IMG/VR virus record: IMGVR_UViG_2529293139_000005
DNA: 19,601 nt
Reading direction: 5' to 3' (one strand)
DNA from: a virus
Lineage: Duplodnaviria; Heunggongvirae; Uroviricota; Caudoviricetes
The translations under genes were made by a program, and so were the position numbers. A model generated the notes under the pieces. The model made no database searches. It was not told where the DNA came from and saw only the letters and a list, made by a program, of their open reading frames with translations. Positions 15,769-19,601 of this stretch are shown in pieces. Each line of letters starts with the position of its first letter. Within the stretch, counting starts at the first letter, position 1.

Positions 15769-16866
15769 TTAGAACTGGTAAACCAGACCTACAGCAACGA
15801 TGTCATCAGTGCTTACACTGAGTGCTTTAGTGAAGTCATTTTTGTCAAGCAGGTTGATTTTGTAATCAACGAAAGTAGACATATTTTTGTTGAAGTAATA
15901 GGTTGCACCTACATCAACATATTTGACTAAGTCCTGATCGCCCCATACTCCAAGATCCTTACCTTTAGATTGCAGGTAAGCAACGGACGGACGCAGACCG
16001 AAATCGAACTGATATTGTGCAACAGCTTCGAAGTTTTGGGCTTTATTAGCAACGAAGTGATCAGCAAATACAGTCATATTCTGGGTTTCAGAATAGGTAG
16101 TGGCCAGGTAAATGTTGTTAGCGTCATATTTCAGACCTGCGGCCCAAACTTCTGCATTTTTACCGGAAGCAAATACTTCAGGAAGAACTTTCCCTGCATT
16201 AACTTGAGTGTCGGTACGATCAGATTTCGCATAAGTTGCACCGATACCGAATCCTTCGTATTCATAGGTAGCAGAGAAACCGAAGCCATCACCGTTACCT
16301 TCAGTGTAGTTATCGAAATCGCTACGATCGTTTTTGCCTTGGTACTGAGCAGCAAAATTCAGACCATCAACCAGACCAAAGAAGTCGTTGTTACGATAGG
16401 TTGCAACACCTGTGGTGCGACCAGTCATGAATACATCTGTTTGGGTCCAGGTATCGCCACCGAATTCTGGCAGAACGTCGGTCCATGCACCAATATCGTA
16501 TGCTACACCGTAGTTACGGCCATAATCGATGGAGCCGTAGTCACCGAATTTCAGGCCAGCGAAGGCAAGACGGGTTTTATCTTTGGAGGAACCTTGAGAT
16601 TCAGCGCGGTTGCCTTTGAATTCATATTCCCACTGACCGAAACCAGTCAGTTGATCGTTGATTTGGGTTTCACCTTTGAAGCCAAGACGGGCATAAGTAG
16701 TATCACCATCATCTGCATCATTAGAGGAGAAGTAGTGCTTAGCATTAACTTTCCCGTACAGATCCAGCTTGTTACTGTCTTTATTATAAATTTCAGCTGC
16801 CTGAGCAGACATCGCCATCAGTACTGATGCAGCTACAGCAGAAATTGCCACTGTTAATTTTTTCAT
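15769..16866 (-). CDS. nmpC: Outer-membrane general porin NmpC/OmpC family (365 aa precursor from [23 protein letters not shown])
   Basis: Signal peptide then [24 protein letters not shown]..., C-terminal VGLVYQF typical of enterobacterial porins; the ORF-track start at 16926 is upstream of the signal-peptide Met. Confidence 0.9.
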   Translation of the reverse strand: MKKLTVAISAVAASVLMAMSAQAAEIYNKDSNKLDLYGKVNAKHYFSSNDADDGDTTYARLGFKGETQINDQLTGFGQWEYEFKGNRAESQGSSKDKTRLAFAGLKFGDYGSIDYGRNYGVAYDIGAWTDVLPEFGGDTWTQTDVFMTGRTTGVATYRNNDFFGLVDGLNFAAQYQGKNDRSDFDNYTEGNGDGFGFSATYEYEGFGIGATYAKSDRTDTQVNAGKVLPEVFASGKNAEVWAAGLKYDANNIYLATTYSETQNMTVFADHFVANKAQNFEAVAQYQFDFGLRPSVAYLQSKGKDLGVWGDQDLVKYVDVGATYYFNKNMSTFVDYKINLLDKNDFTKALSVSTDDIVAVGLVYQF

Positions 16867-17292
16867 CGTGAGCCCTTTTTTTGAACTATTATTAAAAAAT
16901 GATGTCACTGCGCGATAAATATTCATCTAATCAATGTGATTATTTCAAGATGTAAGTTTTGGTTTCTCATTTGATTTGTGAAGTAGATCTCTATTTTTAT
17001 CTGAACTTTTTCTATCGAATCCTATTTATGGCTCTTATTTGAACAAAAATAAACCTATTAGCTAATTTATATTAATGGCTGTTATTTATGGGGGTTCTAT
17101 AATTCGGCAGTTTAATTTAAATCAACTAAAAATAACGTCTGAAATTATTTATTGGTTATTTGTTGAGGTTTTCTTATGTATTTGTGGTGGTGTTTTGAAC
17201 ACTCGGTAGCATTCTCATAAATATCATTCAGTGGTTTACGTACGTAAAAAATTGGTTATGCTGTTAAGAGTGGTTACTTCGTCACACAGCTT

Positions 17293-17325
17293 AAACCCGC
17301 CGTCGAGCGGGTTTTTCCATTTTTT
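17293..17325 (+). terminator. Rho-independent terminator upstream of the lysis cassette
   Basis: AAACCCGC-cgtcga-GCGGGTTT followed by TTCCATTTTTT on the plus strand. Confidence 0.5.
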
Positions 17326-17437
17326 GAGTCTCGATATTAGCTGATAACCCAATACCTGAGTTATTCACTGACTCCGAGTCTGTTACGTTTCGTAGTATTC
17401 CCTCAATTTACACCCGCTTTGTCTGCGAGGTGGGGTT

Positions 17438-17653
17438 ATGAAATCCATGGATAAGTTAACAACGGGTGTCGCCTATGGCACCTCAGCAGGTAGTGCCGGG
17501 TACTGGTTTTTACAGCTGCTAGATAAAGTCACGCCCTCACAGTGGGCGGCAATTGGAGTGCTGGGTAGCCTGGTATTTGGCCTGCTGACGTACCTGACAA
17601 ACCTTTATTTCAAGATTAAAGAAGATAAGCGCAAGGCTGCGAGAGGTGAATAA
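17438..17653 (+). CDS. essD: Class II holin (pinholin, phage-21 S type), 71 aa with dual-start motif MKSM
   Basis: [71 protein letters not shown]; two hydrophobic segments and charged C-terminus. Confidence 0.9.
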
Positions 17654-18150
17654 TGCCTCCATCATTACGAAAAGCCGTTGCTGCTGCTATTGGTGGCGGA
17701 GCAATTGCTATAGCATCAGTGTTAATCACTGGCCCAAGTGGTAACGATGGTCTGGAAGGTGTCAGCTACATACCATACAAAGATATTGTTGGTGTATGGA
17801 CTGTATGTCACGGGCATACAGGAAAAGACATCATGCTCGGTAAAACGTATACCAAAGCAGAATGCAAAGCCCTCCTGAATAAAGACCTTGCCACGGTCGC
17901 CAGACAAATTAACCCGTACATAAAAGTTGATATACCGGAAACAACGCGCGGCGCTCTTTACTTGTTCGTTTACAACGTGGGCGCTGGCAATTTCAGAACA
18001 TCGACGCTTCTTCGCAAAATAAACCAGGGCGATATCAAAGGCGCATGTGATCAGCTACGTCGCTGGACATATGCTGGCGGTAAGCAATGGAAAGGTCTCA
18101 TGACTCGTCGTGAGATTGAGCGTGAAATCTGTTTGTGGGGTCAGCAATGA
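17653..18150 (+). CDS. rrrD: Phage lysozyme (endolysin) with N-terminal signal-anchor-release type segment, 165 aa
   Basis: N-terminal Gly/Ala-rich weakly hydrophobic segment [20 protein letters not shown] followed by a lysozyme-like domain; start overlaps holin stop. Confidence 0.9.
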   Translation: MPPSLRKAVAAAIGGGAIAIASVLITGPSGNDGLEGVSYIPYKDIVGVWTVCHGHTGKDIMLGKTYTKAECKALLNKDLATVARQINPYIKVDIPETTRGALYLFVYNVGAGNFRTSTLLRKINQGDIKGACDQLRRWTYAGGKQWKGLMTRREIEREICLWGQQ

Positions 18151-18608
18151 ACAGATTAACCTCGATTATCTCCGCTCTGTTCATCTGCATCATCGTCTGC
18201 CTGTCATGGGCTGTTAATCATTACCGTGATAACGCCATTACCTACAAAGCCCAGCGCGACAAAAATGCCAGAGAACTGAAGCTGGCGAACGTGGCAATTA
18301 CTGACATGCAGATGCGTCAGCGTGATGTTGCTGCGCTCGATGCAAAATACACGAAGGAGTTAGCTGATGCGAAAGCTGAAAATGATGCTCTGCGTGATGA
18401 TGTTGCCGCTGGTCGTCGTCGGTTGCACATCAAAGCAGTCTGTCAGTCAGTGCGTGAAGCCACCACCGCCTCCGGCGTGGATAATGCAGCCTCCCCCCGA
18501 CTGGCAGACACCGCTGAACGGGATTATTTCACCCTCAGAGAGAGGCTGATCACTATGCAAAAACAACTGGAAGGAACCCAGAAGTATATTAATGAGCAGT
18601 GCAGATAG
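18147..18608 (+). CDS. rzpD: Spanin inner-membrane subunit Rz (153 aa from [14 protein letters not shown])
   Basis: N-terminal TM segment then coiled-coil-rich periplasmic domain; ATGA overlap with endolysin stop. Confidence 0.85.
   Translation: MNRLTSIISALFICIIVCLSWAVNHYRDNAITYKAQRDKNARELKLANVAITDMQMRQRDVAALDAKYTKELADAKAENDALRDDVAAGRRRLHIKAVCQSVREATTASGVDNAASPRLADTAERDYFTLRERLITMQKQLEGTQKYINEQCR
18367..18549 (+). CDS. rzoD: Spanin outer-membrane lipoprotein Rz1 (60 aa) embedded in Rz in the +1 frame
   Basis: [60 protein letters not shown]: lipobox VVVGC and proline-rich body; matches lambda Rz1 from memory. Confidence 0.8.
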   Translation: MRKLKMMLCVMMLPLVVVGCTSKQSVSQCVKPPPPPAWIMQPPPDWQTPLNGIISPSERG

Positions 18609-18639
18609 AGCTGCCCATATCGATGGGCAACTCATGCAA

Positions 18640-18933
18640 TTATTGTGAGCAATACACACGCGCTTCCAGCGGAGTATAAATGCCTAAAGTAATAAAACCG
18701 AGCAATCCATTTACGAATGTTTGCTGGGTTTCTGTTTTAACAACATTTTCTGCGCCGCCACAAATTTTGGCTGCATCAACAGTTTTCTCCTGTCCAATTC
18801 CCGAAACGAAGAAGTGATGGGTGATGGTTTCCTTTGGTGTTACTGCTGTCGGTTTGTTTCCAACAGTAAACGTCTGTTGAGCACATCCTGTAATAAGCAT
18901 TGCCAGAGCGGCAGAAAACAACATTTTTTTCAT
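18640..18933 (-). CDS. borD: Bor lipoprotein (serum-resistance protein), 97 aa from MKKMLFSAALAMLITGC
   Basis: Lipobox LITGC and AQQTFTVGNKPTAVTPKETITHHFFVSGIGQEKTVDAAKICGGAENVVKTETQQTFVNGLLGFITLGIYTPLEARVYCSQ matches lambda Bor from memory. Confidence 0.9.
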   Translation of the reverse strand: MKKMLFSAALAMLITGCAQQTFTVGNKPTAVTPKETITHHFFVSGIGQEKTVDAAKICGGAENVVKTETQQTFVNGLLGFITLGIYTPLEARVYCSQ

Positions 18934-19175
18934 CTTATTATCCTGCATTGTTAAAAACGGCAGAATCCTATGTGACAACAATTAAACGATAGTTAAATGG
19001 ATTGATGAAAATTAAAACTATATAGGTGTACGCTCAGACTATTGGAGGAAGTTGGGGACACTCAGAATCCTGTGGAATGAAATAAACCGGTCTATCCGTC
19101 TATTACCCTTTTAGCTGCGCTGTATCGTCGCCGTATTCCCGCATTAACCATGACCGTAGCCCGACGGGGAATTCC

Positions 19176-19601
19176 GGTAATGACTCCAACTTATTGATAG
19201 TGTTTTATGTTCAGATAATGCCCGATGACTTTGTCATGCAGCTCCACCGATTTTGAGAACGACAGCGACTTCCGTCCCAGCCGTGCCAGGTGCTGCCTCA
19301 GATTCAGGTTATGCCGCTCAATTCGCTGCGTATATCGCTTGCTGATTACGTGCAGCTTTCCCTTCAGGCGGGATTCATACAGCGGCCAGCCATCCGTCAT
19401 CCATATCACCACGTCAAAGGGTGACAGCAGGCTCATAAGACGCCCCAGCGTCGCCATAGTGCGTTCACCGAATACGTGCGCAACAACCGTCTTCCGGAGC
19501 CTGTCATACGCGTAAAACAGCCAGCGCTGGCGCGATTTAGCCCCGACGTATCCCCACTGTTCGTCCATTTCCGCGCAGACGATGACGTCACTGCCCGGCT
19601 G
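19176..19601 (-). mobile_element. IS1 insertion sequence, partial (one terminal inverted repeat plus insB; element runs off the window end)
   Basis: GGTAATGACTCCAACTTATTGATAGTGTTTTATGTTCAGATAATGCCCGATGAC at 19176 onward is the reverse complement of an IS1 end; the downstream sequence encodes InsB on the minus strand. Confidence 0.9.
19191..19601 (-). CDS. insB: IS1 transposase InsB reading frame (5' part lies beyond the window)
   Basis: ORF 19191..19568(-): [125 protein letters not shown] matches IS1 InsB. Confidence 0.9.
   Translation of the reverse strand, partial: QPGSDVIVCAEMDEQWGYVGAKSRQRWLFYAYDRLRKTVVAHVFGERTMATLGRLMSLLSPFDVVIWMTDGWPLYESRLKGKLHVISKRYTQRIERHNLNLRQHLARLGRKSLSFSKSVELHDKVIGHYLNIKHYQ

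Noticed and set aside
15970-16827. 285-aa plus-strand ORF
   Set aside because: Lies entirely antisense within the well-supported porin gene; typical shadow ORF.
18612-18627. Hairpin GCCCAT-atcg-ATGGGC between convergent Rz and bor
   Set aside because: No T-run on either strand; may assist termination of convergent transcripts but not a clear intrinsic terminator.

Overview
This window is a mosaic lambdoid prophage (DLP12/lambda-like, E. coli/Shigella-type host), laid out in the same orientation as the lambda map. Identifications are from reading the sequence and recalling protein families; no database search was run. Left to right: an integrase reduced to its N-terminal 242 aa, xis, small early-left ORFs, lambda-type exo-bet-gam, one early-left ORF with an Arg-rich N-terminus, a PL/OL-like region, then a three-gene AT-rich cassette in the position lambda gives to rexAB (unknown 153-aa protein, Hanks-type Ser/Thr kinase, 54-aa basic peptide, intrinsic terminator) immediately downstream of a LexA-like cI repressor. 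To the right are OR/cro, a YdaT-like protein in the cII slot, a candidate OOP-like antisense RNA terminator, replication genes O (with iteron origin) and P, ren, an emrE plus large-serine-recombinase cassette, an uncharacterised block (two unknown ORFs around about 430 bp of ORF-free DNA), ybcN-ninE-ybcO-rusA-ylcG, a Q antiterminator gene closed early by an in-frame TAG, the nmpC porin on the opposite strand, a pinholin/SAR-endolysin/spanin lysis cassette, bor, and the end of an IS1 copy that runs off the window. The most interesting candidate is the kinase cassette, a possible prophage-encoded defence or abortive-infection module expressed with the repressor. The truncated int, the stop in Q and the IS1 insertion suggest the prophage is partly decayed.
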